DNA from: a virus
Lineage: Duplodnaviria; Caudoviricetes
Reading direction: 5' to 3' (one strand)
Length of the DNA: 64,000 nucleotides
Virus record (IMG/VR): IMGVR_UViG_3300029305_011549
Span: 2,725 to 66,724 of that record
A program made the translations under genes and the position numbers. Within the stretch, counting starts at the first letter, position 1, and every line of letters starts with the position of its first letter. Under the pieces are notes generated by a model. It was not told where the DNA came from. It did not search any database and saw nothing but the letters and a program-made list of their open reading frames with translations. Of the stretch, positions 38,279-46,794 are shown one piece after another.

Positions 38279-38665
38279 ATGAAATTATTCGACATTGTAT
38301 CGTGCGTGGTGGAAGAAGGATGTACACAATTCAACGATGCCGCAGCACTCGTCGGTGCTTATGAATGGGTGATTCACGAGCAGCGGTACGAGATTCTTGC
38401 AACGTATTGTGATGCCATTGATAAGATTTCCGAGGAATTTGACGGAATTTCCTATGACGTCGAAATGGACGAAGCGACAGGAGAAATCACAATTTCTCTT
38501 GAATGTGCGGATTTTTCTGCAACTACATCAGAACATGTTTTCTTTGAACTGATCAAGCATACCGTAAAATGGGGTTTTTCCGTATCAGAGGACGGTAATC
38601 TGCTTATGACATTCCGGTTTCCGTCTGTGTTTGAGCATTGCAGTGGAGGAGGCGCGTCGTTATAA
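38279..38665 (+). CDS. Hypothetical protein (putative paralog family A)
   Basis: Same length class and C-terminal pattern as 31303. Confidence 0.65.
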   Translation: MKLFDIVSCVVEEGCTQFNDAAALVGAYEWVIHEQRYEILATYCDAIDKISEEFDGISYDVEMDEATGEITISLECADFSATTSEHVFFELIKHTVKWGFSVSEDGNLLMTFRFPSVFEHCSGGGASL

Positions 38666-38892
38666 ACAAGAATCGAAGAGATCGATTGAAACAGGCGCTG
38701 ATCCTGCTTGAGCGGGCACGCGATATTGTATCCGATGTTGAAGATGACGAATCTGACGCTCTTGATAATATGCCTGAAAATCTGCAGGATAGCGAACGAT
38801 GTGAGAAAATGCAGAATGCAATAGATATGCTTTCTTGTGCCATCGAACATATAGACGATGCATGTGAGTGCATTGATCGCTTGGTTTGCTGA
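38638..38892 (+). CDS. Small helical phage protein
   Basis: NKNRRDRL...ENLQDSER pattern. Confidence 0.6.
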   Translation: MQWRRRVVINKNRRDRLKQALILLERARDIVSDVEDDESDALDNMPENLQDSERCEKMQNAIDMLSCAIEHIDDACECIDRLVC

Positions 38893-38944
38893 CAACAGCC
38901 GAAGCACATATACAATAATGGCAGAACAAATTTTCTAAAAACTA

Positions 38945-38973
38945 TTGACAACATAACGATAATATGATATTAT
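38945..38973 (+). promoter_or_regulatory. SigA-type promoter TTGACA-N17-TATTAT with extended TG
   Basis: Direct match upstream of 39020. Confidence 0.7.
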
Positions 38974-39019
38974 ATTATCGAAAAAGAACAAATGAGCTAT
39001 AATGTCGGGTGGTGCGTAA

Positions 39020-39715
39020 ATGTGGAGTTTGTTTATCGTCTTATTCGGAGGGCTGTACTGGATGTTCAAACTGCTTGATGAGAGTGCAAAGAAAGCAGAA
39101 ACGGAAAAAATGATAGCCGAATGGGATGCTTTGGATCAAATATTATCCGGAGGGGAAAAGAATGGGATGGAGAAAGCGATCTATAAAAAAATCTGGGATT
39201 GCATACTGAAGGGAAGAGTTCAAAGTAACGGGTATAGTGATATCATGGATCTGATTGGTGAAGACCTTCTGCTGATATTCGGTGATATCAATTTTGCTGA
39301 ATTTATCGATCGAAACTACCGACAAAAATCTGATCATATGCGATGTAGTTTTGTTCGTTCGCTTGTTAACTTAGCACTGTCCAAGAATGGATGGAAAGGT
39401 TATATATCATCATTATCAATAGATGTACCCGATTTTTATGGATACAAATATGAAAATAGCTGGAGGTCAATCAGAGATACCGTATCGTATAAAGATCGAG
39501 TTGATTTACGCTTTTGTAAAAGGATGGAAGAAAACCTGTTACAATTCAGCAAGGAATTTCAGTTGGTCGTAGTCGCCTATGACACAGGATTTGGTACGTA
39601 TTTGGAGTATAAATTCCGAAATAGAACACACGAGACGCTTCGTCTCTGGGACGACACTCCGTTATCACCGGACACCGCACCAAAACCAGACATTGAAGCA
39701 TATCTGAAAAAATAA
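39020..39715 (+). CDS. N-terminally membrane-anchored hypothetical protein, tandem paralog 1
   Basis: MWSLFIVLFGGLYWMFKLL...; C-terminus PLSPDTAPKPDIEAYLKK identical to the next gene. Confidence 0.8.
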   Translation: MWSLFIVLFGGLYWMFKLLDESAKKAETEKMIAEWDALDQILSGGEKNGMEKAIYKKIWDCILKGRVQSNGYSDIMDLIGEDLLLIFGDINFAEFIDRNYRQKSDHMRCSFVRSLVNLALSKNGWKGYISSLSIDVPDFYGYKYENSWRSIRDTVSYKDRVDLRFCKRMEENLLQFSKEFQLVVVAYDTGFGTYLEYKFRNRTHETLRLWDDTPLSPDTAPKPDIEAYLKK

Positions 39716-39752
39716 CATTGGTTCTTTTACTTTTACATAAACGAGGTAAACT

Positions 39753-40442
39753 ATGTGGAGTTTTTTTATCGTCTTCTTCGGCGGTCTTTACTGGCTATTC
39801 AAGCTGCTTGGTGAGAGTGCACGGAAGGCTGAAGCGGAAAAGGAGCATGCTGAACATGAAGCTTTGGATCAGATGCTGATGAAAGGGTGGAATGACGGGA
39901 CAAAGAGAAATATCAGAAAAAGAATTCAAGATTGTTTACAGCAGGGTAGAATCCAAAGCAACGGGTATCGTGATATTATGGAATTGATAGGTGAGGATCT
40001 TCTATTGATATTTGGAGATATCGACTTTGCTGAATTCATCGAACGCAACTATAATCATCTATCCAAAGATGATCGTTGGTATTTTGTCCAAATCCTGCTC
40101 AATCTCGCGTTATCAAAAATTGGTTGCGTAGACTCAATATTGGGTATGAAAGTACCGATATTTTACGGATACAGATACGATATAAGTTGGATGAAAATCA
40201 GAGATTCTCTTTCATATAAAAAAAGGGTGGATTTGCGGTTCTGCAAAAGAATAGAGGAAAACCTGACGAAATTTGACCCACGGTTCAAAATGGTCAGAAG
40301 AATCAGTGATCATTATATAACAGATACCTTAGAATTTGAATATTCATGTTCATTTTCCGATACTATTCGTCTATGGAATAGCATACCGTTATCTCCTGAT
40401 ACTGCACCAAAACCTGATATTGAAGCTTATTTGAAAAAGTAA
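39753..40442 (+). CDS. N-terminally membrane-anchored hypothetical protein, tandem paralog 2
   Basis: MWSFFIVFFGGLYWLFKLL...; clearly paralogous to 39020. Confidence 0.8.
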   Translation: MWSFFIVFFGGLYWLFKLLGESARKAEAEKEHAEHEALDQMLMKGWNDGTKRNIRKRIQDCLQQGRIQSNGYRDIMELIGEDLLLIFGDIDFAEFIERNYNHLSKDDRWYFVQILLNLALSKIGCVDSILGMKVPIFYGYRYDISWMKIRDSLSYKKRVDLRFCKRIEENLTKFDPRFKMVRRISDHYITDTLEFEYSCSFSDTIRLWNSIPLSPDTAPKPDIEAYLKK

Positions 40443-40444
40443 AG

Positions 40445-40577
40445 AAGCGGCCCGCTGACCCCTCAGCAGACCGCTTAACGAACCGTACAACACAACACAA
40501 CACACAAAACCAAGTTTACACAACAAACAATAGCGGAATGGTTGATACAGCTCGATACGATATGACCCCTCATATCG
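40445..40577. repeat. Two hairpins sharing a TGA-CCCC-TCA apex, separated by a (CAACA)n A/C-rich linker
   Basis: 40445-40476 and 40558-40577 (CGATATGA-CCCC-TCATATCG). Confidence 0.6.
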
Positions 40578-40627
40578 CAGTAGTAGTATACCATACCTTT
40601 CCAGAAAAATCAAGAGGAAACGCAAAA

Positions 40628-40987
40628 ATGACAAAAGAAAAACATACTACTACCATATTAAGCCAAATTCAACTGAGCATCAGAGAATTCCAACTTCTTT
40701 ACGGAACAGGTAATTTAATAGCTACATATGACTCTGATTTTCAGCCAAACAGTTCTGTATATGACACACTTCGATTTCGACATATATTTAATAAGATACA
40801 AACAGATTTCAATCCAGCTACAATTCTGCTCAGTGATGAAAATAACCACCTTATGAGATTTGATCGTATAAAGTATATCTATCATATGACAGCAAATACC
40901 GATCACTCTGATATAAAAATTATTTGCGGCGACAGATATAATGACGATCATGATGTAGAATATCGAATTTTCATTGATGCTTGTTAA
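40628..40987 (+). CDS. Hypothetical protein (AT-rich)
   Basis: RBS GAGGA before the ATG. Confidence 0.55.
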   Translation: MTKEKHTTTILSQIQLSIREFQLLYGTGNLIATYDSDFQPNSSVYDTLRFRHIFNKIQTDFNPATILLSDENNHLMRFDRIKYIYHMTANTDHSDIKIICGDRYNDDHDVEYRIFIDAC

Positions 40988-41019
40988 CAGATTGTTTACA
41001 AAAACCGTGTAGAATTGAC

Positions 41020-41048
41020 TTGACAAACACCTTGATGCGTGATATAAT
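41020..41048 (+). promoter_or_regulatory. Perfect consensus SigA promoter TTGACA-N17-TATAAT for the mazF-mrpR operon
   Basis: TTGACA 41020-41025, TATAAT 41043-41048. Confidence 0.85.
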
Positions 41049-41089
41049 TGAGTTGGTAAACAAAAATATATCAATTGAGGTGAGTTTTA

Positions 41090-41524
41090 TTGAAGGGTGA
41101 AAACAGAACAATACTAATCGGAGAAGTATATTATATTGACTTCGGCATTCATGAAAATAACGAACAGGGAGGATGGAGGCCGGGTGTTATATTCCAGAAT
41201 AATACGGGAAATCGTTACAGTCCGAATGTAATTGCACTTCCGTTAACAACCGCACTGAAAAGACAGGATATGCCAACGCACGTTGTTCTTCCGTCTCAAA
41301 AAACAGGTCTTCCGAAGGATAGTATGGTTTTATGTGAAAATCCGGTATGCGTGTCCAAAGCTTTGATCGGCGAACGTATCACGACTCTACCGGAAGAATA
41401 TATGGAGCAAATCGCCATTGCACACCTGTACGCTACAGCTGCGATTACATTTATAGACCCGTCTGCACTTATGTATATCCAGAAAAAAGCTGCACAGCTA
41501 AACGCCACAGGAGGTAATAAGTGA
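41090..41524 (+). CDS. mazF: MazF/PemK family endoribonuclease (no adjacent antitoxin)
   Basis: EQGGWRPGVIFQNNTGNRYSPNVIALPLTT...PTHV...SMVLCE matches EndoA; catalytic Arg and Thr retained. Confidence 0.85.
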   Translation: MKGENRTILIGEVYYIDFGIHENNEQGGWRPGVIFQNNTGNRYSPNVIALPLTTALKRQDMPTHVVLPSQKTGLPKDSMVLCENPVCVSKALIGERITTLPEEYMEQIAIAHLYATAAITFIDPSALMYIQKKAAQLNATGGNK

Positions 41525-41525
41525 T

Positions 41526-42488
41526 ATGTATAATGAGGATAAAAAAATAGCATTTATCGAAAGTATAACATCATCGGAAAGTGTACGTGTCAATCTGATC
41601 AATATGTTTAATGCCATTGAGAAGTATGAGGAAGCATGGGGATCTGACATCTATACAAAGACTTTCGATGAAATCAAACCGGTTCTGGAACAAATTACCG
41701 GGTTCCGCTCAAGCTCATCAAAACTACGAATCAAGGCATTGAAGGATTATTCAAAATGGTGCACAGATCGAGGGTTTGCTGGCGCTGTGGACGGGATGGC
41801 AGATTTCGAATCGCTTTCTGGGCTTGAAAAATTCAAAACGCACACACTGTCAAGTCCGATGCATCTGCAGTCATATCTCGATGCATGTATGACAGCGGTA
41901 GACGCAAATACCGTTGACAATACATTACGATGTTTTTACTGGCTTGCATATGGAGGTATGGCAGAACAGGATATATTCAAAACAACTTGTGGTGATGTTG
42001 ATTTCCGTACAATGTCGGTCCGATACTTTGCGTCAGAGATACCAATCTATAGAGAGGCGGTTTCTGTGTTTCGGTATTGCGTAGAATCGGAGGTGTTTAA
42101 TTATGAACATCCGACGTATACTACCAAAGATTATGCTGTAATACCAAGAATTGCAGGCAGCTTGCTCGTTAGAGGATGTAAGGCACAACCGGATATGTAC
42201 TCGTTCAGATCTACATTATCACGACGATCAAAAAAGGCGTTGGATTCCGGTAAGACAAATCTTGAAATGAGTTACTATCGCGTTTGGTTGTCAGGTGTGT
42301 TCTACAGAATGTACGAGCTTGAGCAGATCGGAAGGGACGTTGATTTTCGCCCCATTGTAACACAGTATATGGAGGCAAAGGTTCCAAAAGAAGAATTCCG
42401 AGAGGAAAAAACAAAAAAGAAAATCCTCAGCCTTATCAGAGATTATAAAAAGGATTATACGAAGTGGAAAGAGGTTTATAGAAAGTAA
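41526..42488 (+). CDS. MrpR/YopR-like lysogeny repressor (degenerate tyrosine-recombinase fold)
   Basis: MYNEDKKIAFI..., LAYGG, YYRVWLSGVFYRMYELE; no complete RHRY tetrad seen. Confidence 0.65.
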   Translation: MYNEDKKIAFIESITSSESVRVNLINMFNAIEKYEEAWGSDIYTKTFDEIKPVLEQITGFRSSSSKLRIKALKDYSKWCTDRGFAGAVDGMADFESLSGLEKFKTHTLSSPMHLQSYLDACMTAVDANTVDNTLRCFYWLAYGGMAEQDIFKTTCGDVDFRTMSVRYFASEIPIYREAVSVFRYCVESEVFNYEHPTYTTKDYAVIPRIAGSLLVRGCKAQPDMYSFRSTLSRRSKKALDSGKTNLEMSYYRVWLSGVFYRMYELEQIGRDVDFRPIVTQYMEAKVPKEEFREEKTKKKILSLIRDYKKDYTKWKEVYRK

Positions 42489-42490
42489 AA

Positions 42491-42521
42491 AATGGGATTC
42501 CTGCGAATGCAGGTTTCCGTT
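42491..42521 (+). terminator. Hairpin after the repressor gene
   Basis: AATGGGATTCCTGC-GAAT-GCAGGTTTCCGTT. Confidence 0.55.
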
Positions 42522-42601
42522 ACATAAGCGAAGTCAATTATACACTCCCTGCAAACACTTTTATTTTTATGTTCGATCAAATCAATTATACACCGTTATA
42601 T

Positions 42602-42676
42602 TGCGCCATAGCCAAACGGTAAGGCAGGGGACTTTGAATCCCATACGTACAGGTTCGAATCCTGTTGGCGCAGCCA
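42602..42676 (+). tRNA. tRNA-Gln (UUG)
   Basis: TGCGCCA/TGGCGCA acceptor stem, CTTTGAA loop, encoded CCA. Confidence 0.9.
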
Positions 42677-42721
42677 GGGCGTCGCCCAAATTCTATTAAC
42701 AGAAATGAAAGGAGAACGGTT

Positions 42722-43285
42722 TTGGATAATAAAGAACGATTTCTGTCGCTTTGCAAAGCAATCGACAGACCGGGAATCGACGAGCTGCTTGCGTGGCTTG
42801 AAGAGAACCGATTCTTTACCGGACCCGCAAGCACACGATTTCACGGTTCCTATCCGGGAGGCCTTCTTGAACACTCGCTCAATGTGTATGACGAGTTAAA
42901 GAGGCTTCTTTCCATTTACCCTGAAATCACACCCGGCGAGGACACGATTGTCATCGCATCCCTGTTCCACGACCTGTGTAAGGTCAACCTTTATGCATCG
43001 GAGACGAGAAACCGAAAGAACGCATCGGGGCAGTGGGAAAGCTATGAGGCATATGTCACAGACGAGCGGTTTTGCTTTGGAGGACATGGCAGCAAATCGG
43101 TTTTTCTCATTCAGCACTTTATCAAGCTGACACCGGAGGAGGCCGTTGCAGTCAATTGTCATATGGGTTCGTGGGACGGAAACACAAGTGTTGGTTCCGC
43201 GTACGAGCAGTTTCCGTTTGCATGGCTTGTCCATGTGGCAGACGAAGCGGCAACTTATATTGATGAAAAGGGAGAGAAGAAATGA
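42722..43285 (+). CDS. HD-domain phosphohydrolase
   Basis: PASTRFH...GGLLEHS, FHDLCK, HMG, HVAD. Confidence 0.85.
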   Translation: MDNKERFLSLCKAIDRPGIDELLAWLEENRFFTGPASTRFHGSYPGGLLEHSLNVYDELKRLLSIYPEITPGEDTIVIASLFHDLCKVNLYASETRNRKNASGQWESYEAYVTDERFCFGGHGSKSVFLIQHFIKLTPEEAVAVNCHMGSWDGNTSVGSAYEQFPFAWLVHVADEAATYIDEKGEKK

Positions 43286-43575
43286 TCGGATTCAGAAAAC
43301 TTGGATTTTTCAAAAAGAAAGAGCATGATGTGCTCAAAACCAAGGAAGAAAGATTACGCGGCTACATACACACGTTCGATACGGTTGTGTCTACTGTAAA
43401 CAGAACCATTGATATTCTGACCGCGACGAGCGATCAGATCGCGTCTGAAATTGAAGAAATCGAAGCGTATCAGGCAGGTTTGAATGCAACCATCGACGGT
43501 TTGAAGGACGCAAGAGGCAAAAATGATAAGGTAATCCGCAATTTCCGCACGTTAATCGGCGAAGAATGTGAATAA
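43282..43575 (+). CDS. Coiled-coil hypothetical protein
   Basis: ORF in run. Confidence 0.6.
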   Translation: MIGFRKLGFFKKKEHDVLKTKEERLRGYIHTFDTVVSTVNRTIDILTATSDQIASEIEEIEAYQAGLNATIDGLKDARGKNDKVIRNFRTLIGEECE

Positions 43576-43587
43576 AAGGGAGATTTC

Positions 43588-44280
43588 ATGTCAGAAGAAA
43601 AGCTTAATATTTATCAGAAGCTTGCAAAGATCCGCAAGCAGGTTGAGGTCATGAAGAAAGATACCAAGGCGTACGGATATAACTACGTCAAGGAAGAAGA
43701 TATCCTCGCAAAAATCACAGCTTTTATGGAGAAGTACGACCTGTCTCTGATTCCGGGAATTGTCCCCGGCAGTACCGTCGTCGCGCCGTATAACGCAAAG
43801 AAAACGAAGGTAACCAAAGACGGCGAGATTTACGAGGAGAACGTCAATGAGGTTTTGGTGTCCGCCGATACAACGTGGACATGGGTCAATAACGTAAATC
43901 CGGAGGAAAACATCGTTGTTCCGTGGACGATGGTCGGACAGCAGGCAGATGCATCACAGTCGTTCGGTTCAGGTCTTACATATTCATCAAGATATTTTCT
44001 GCTCAAATACTTCAATGTTTCCACGTCCAACGACGATCCGGATAACTGGAGATCGAAGCAGAAGGAGGCAGAGCTGGCAGAAGATCGCGCAATCGCAGGC
44101 GGCATTATCAGTACCTTCGATGCGGCAATCAGAAAGTACCTCGGCGATCACCCGGATAAATCAGACGACGTTAAGAAGTATGTTTCCAAGTTCGTAAAGA
44201 ACGGCGATTATTTTTCCATCAAGGAATCCAGATTGGCATCGAAGCTGCTTGAAGGATTCAACGAAAATTTCAAAGAGTAA
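43588..44280 (+). CDS. ERF-family ssDNA-annealing protein
   Basis: NIYQKLAKIRKQV...YNY...QSFGSGLTYSSRYFL...DDPD. Confidence 0.85.
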   Translation: MSEEKLNIYQKLAKIRKQVEVMKKDTKAYGYNYVKEEDILAKITAFMEKYDLSLIPGIVPGSTVVAPYNAKKTKVTKDGEIYEENVNEVLVSADTTWTWVNNVNPEENIVVPWTMVGQQADASQSFGSGLTYSSRYFLLKYFNVSTSNDDPDNWRSKQKEAELAEDRAIAGGIISTFDAAIRKYLGDHPDKSDDVKKYVSKFVKNGDYFSIKESRLASKLLEGFNENFKE

Positions 44281-44292
44281 GGAGAACAGAAA

Positions 44293-44670
44293 ATGGGTTT
44301 CAGAAAAGACAGTTACGCAAAGGTGTGGAGTGTTGAGACTGTGTCCGACACCATGACGAAGATCAGAATTTCCACCAGCAGAAAGAATAAGCAGACAGGC
44401 GAGTATGAGCAGGATTTCTCCGGCTTTGTTGCCTGTGTCGGCTCTCAGGCGGCATCCGCTGCGGCAGCCCTGAAGGAGGGCGACAGAATCAAGCTCGGAG
44501 ATGTGGATGTCACCAATAAGTATGATAAAGAAAAGAAGGTTACCTATACCAACTTCACGGTTTTCTCCTTCGATGTTGAGTCCGGCGGCAATTCCGCAGC
44601 GCCGCAGCTGGCAGAACCGCAGCCGACGGTGGATTCCGGCGAGGTCGATGACGACAGACTGCCGTTCTGA
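44293..44670 (+). CDS. ssb: Single-stranded DNA-binding protein
   Basis: OB-fold-like body with acidic tail ending DDDRLPF. Confidence 0.8.
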   Translation: MGFRKDSYAKVWSVETVSDTMTKIRISTSRKNKQTGEYEQDFSGFVACVGSQAASAAAALKEGDRIKLGDVDVTNKYDKEKKVTYTNFTVFSFDVESGGNSAAPQLAEPQPTVDSGEVDDDRLPF

Positions 44671-45449
44671 TGGGCAACATCAGTTATAAACCGCTGATTG
44701 AGGACATGACATGGAGCTTTTCCAGAGTGGAATCGTTCTGCGACTGTCCGTACAGATGGTATCTGAAATATCTGCGGGATTTCCCGGATGAAGATCGATT
44801 TTTCACCACATACGGCTCCTTTATGCATAGGCTGCTTGAGGGGTATTATAAGGGAGAGATGACAAAGGAGGATATGCTGCTGCGGTTTCTGACGGATTTC
44901 TCGTCGGAGGTTCGCGGCAGCCGTCCGGCTCCGACAACGCTCGAAAACTATATCGAGGCCGGTCGGCAGTATCTTGAGAGCTTTGAGCCATTCCTATACC
45001 GCATGGTTTCGGTGGAAGAGGAGATTCATTTTTCTCTTGACGGTATCCCGTTTGTCGGATATATCGACTACCTTGGCGAGCTGGACGGTGAATATTTTAT
45101 CATCGACCATAAGTCCAGAAACTTAAAACCGAGATCGCACCGAAAAAAACCAACGCTGTCGGATATGGAGCTTGATGAAAAGCTGCGGCAGTTGTATCTG
45201 TATTCCACAGCGGTGAAGGAACGGTATGGGGTTTTCCCAAAATCGCTCTGCTTCAACTGCTTCCGCGACCATGTGTTTATCGAAGAGCCGTTTTCGGAGG
45301 ATGCATATCATGCGGCGGTTTCGTGGGCAGTCTCGACCATCCGGGAAATTGAGAACGAAGAATCATTCTCCGCAAATCCCGAATTTTTCAAATGCAGATA
45401 TATCTGCGGTGTCAGTGATTACTGTGACAGAAAGGATGATATTTCTTGA
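44670..45449 (+). CDS. PD-(D/E)XK RecB/Cas4-like nuclease
   Basis: WSFSRVES..CP..W, GYID..IIDHKS, QLYLY, C..C..C. Confidence 0.85.
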   Translation: MGNISYKPLIEDMTWSFSRVESFCDCPYRWYLKYLRDFPDEDRFFTTYGSFMHRLLEGYYKGEMTKEDMLLRFLTDFSSEVRGSRPAPTTLENYIEAGRQYLESFEPFLYRMVSVEEEIHFSLDGIPFVGYIDYLGELDGEYFIIDHKSRNLKPRSHRKKPTLSDMELDEKLRQLYLYSTAVKERYGVFPKSLCFNCFRDHVFIEEPFSEDAYHAAVSWAVSTIREIENEESFSANPEFFKCRYICGVSDYCDRKDDIS

Positions 45450-46774
45450 GAGCTGAAGACATCGACAGCATTGACAGTGAATCCGGTATAATCGCCACAT
45501 TGATTCACAATCCAGAGTTTTCATTTTACTCGGAACATCTCTTGCCAAACCATTTCACAGACGAGGAAAACCGATACGTTTATGCGGCAATTTGTGAGCT
45601 GGCAAGAAAAGGCATTTCCACAATCGATCCTTATAATATCGTCGAGGTTCTGAACGCATCGGAGGCGACACGGCGGTACGCCGAACGACTAACCGTCGAT
45701 AAGCTGAATGAGCTGATTGACATGAGCGATATTCTGGCACGGAAAACCGTTGAGGAATATAAGATGCTCGTGGATAACGTCATGGATTGCTCGTTCCGCC
45801 GGGATACCTTCCGTATGCTGCGGGAGTGTCAGGCATTGTGCTATGACAGAACCGTTGATGACGTGGAGCAGAAAATCTATGATATGATCGACGATGTCAT
45901 GATGGAATTTTCCACGACCAATGAGATTCCGCAGTATAAGGACGTGGTCGATCAGTATTGGGAGGAAGTCAGAGCAAGACAGGGCGAGGGATACGCCGGT
46001 ATTCCGTTCAAATTCCCGACATTGAATGAATATGCAACCATTGAGCCTGGCGAGCTTTTCATCTTCGCGGCAGAAGCAAAGCAGGGTAAATCCATGATGC
46101 TGCTCAACTGCGCGGTGGATTTGTTGAGGCAGGATAAGGCGGTGTTGTATCTGGACAGCGAGCTGAACACCAGAATGTTTACCGCGAGAATTCTTGCACA
46201 CCTGACCGGCATTGAGTATAAGCGCCTCAAGGCAGGTAATTATACAGAGGAAGAATCCCAGAAAATCGAAGACGCACTTGCATGGATCAAGACGCGCAAA
46301 TTCACACATATCTACATCCCGATGTTTGACCCGCAGAGCATTTATACCGCAGTGAAAAAGGTATCTCATACACAGGGTGTGGATGTGCTGATTGTGGACT
46401 ATTTCAAGGGATCCGGGGACGGCGATGCGTTCAATACGTATCAGGAACTCGGAAAGTTTGTGGATCTTGTCAAGAACCGTATCTGCGGTGAGATGGGGAT
46501 CTGCGGAATCGGAGCCGCACAGGCAACCGTCGCCGGAAAAGTAGCGGACTCCGCAAAGATCGGCAGAAACGCCAGTACCATTGCGATCATACAGGATAAA
46601 ACGCCGGAGGAGATCGCAGAGGACGGACCGAAGTGCGGCAATAAAAAACTCAGGGTAATCCTGAACAGAAACGGAATGCAGCATGCGTCCGATGAGTACA
46701 TAGACCTGAATTTCGACGGAAATCACATATTATATGAAGAAGCGGCACAGCATACACCGCAGGTGCCGTACTGA
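45446..46774 (+). CDS. dnaB: Replicative DNA helicase
   Basis: AEAKQGKS, YLDSEL, LIVDY, DSAKI. Confidence 0.85.
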   Translation: MRAEDIDSIDSESGIIATLIHNPEFSFYSEHLLPNHFTDEENRYVYAAICELARKGISTIDPYNIVEVLNASEATRRYAERLTVDKLNELIDMSDILARKTVEEYKMLVDNVMDCSFRRDTFRMLRECQALCYDRTVDDVEQKIYDMIDDVMMEFSTTNEIPQYKDVVDQYWEEVRARQGEGYAGIPFKFPTLNEYATIEPGELFIFAAEAKQGKSMMLLNCAVDLLRQDKAVLYLDSELNTRMFTARILAHLTGIEYKRLKAGNYTEEESQKIEDALAWIKTRKFTHIYIPMFDPQSIYTAVKKVSHTQGVDVLIVDYFKGSGDGDAFNTYQELGKFVDLVKNRICGEMGICGIGAAQATVAGKVADSAKIGRNASTIAIIQDKTPEEIAEDGPKCGNKKLRVILNRNGMQHASDEYIDLNFDGNHILYEEAAQHTPQVPY

Positions 46775-46794
46775 TACAGAGAGGAGATGACGGT

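Noticed and set aside
40486-40530. CAACA repeats as a CRISPR array
   Set aside because: Units are 5 bp with no spacers and no cas genes; the 44670 nuclease sits in a recombination/replication module.
42602-42676. tRNA-Gln (or other tRNAs) as the integration site
   Set aside because: No duplicated tRNA 3' end or adjacent active integrase; the serine recombinase and junction are at sigG.
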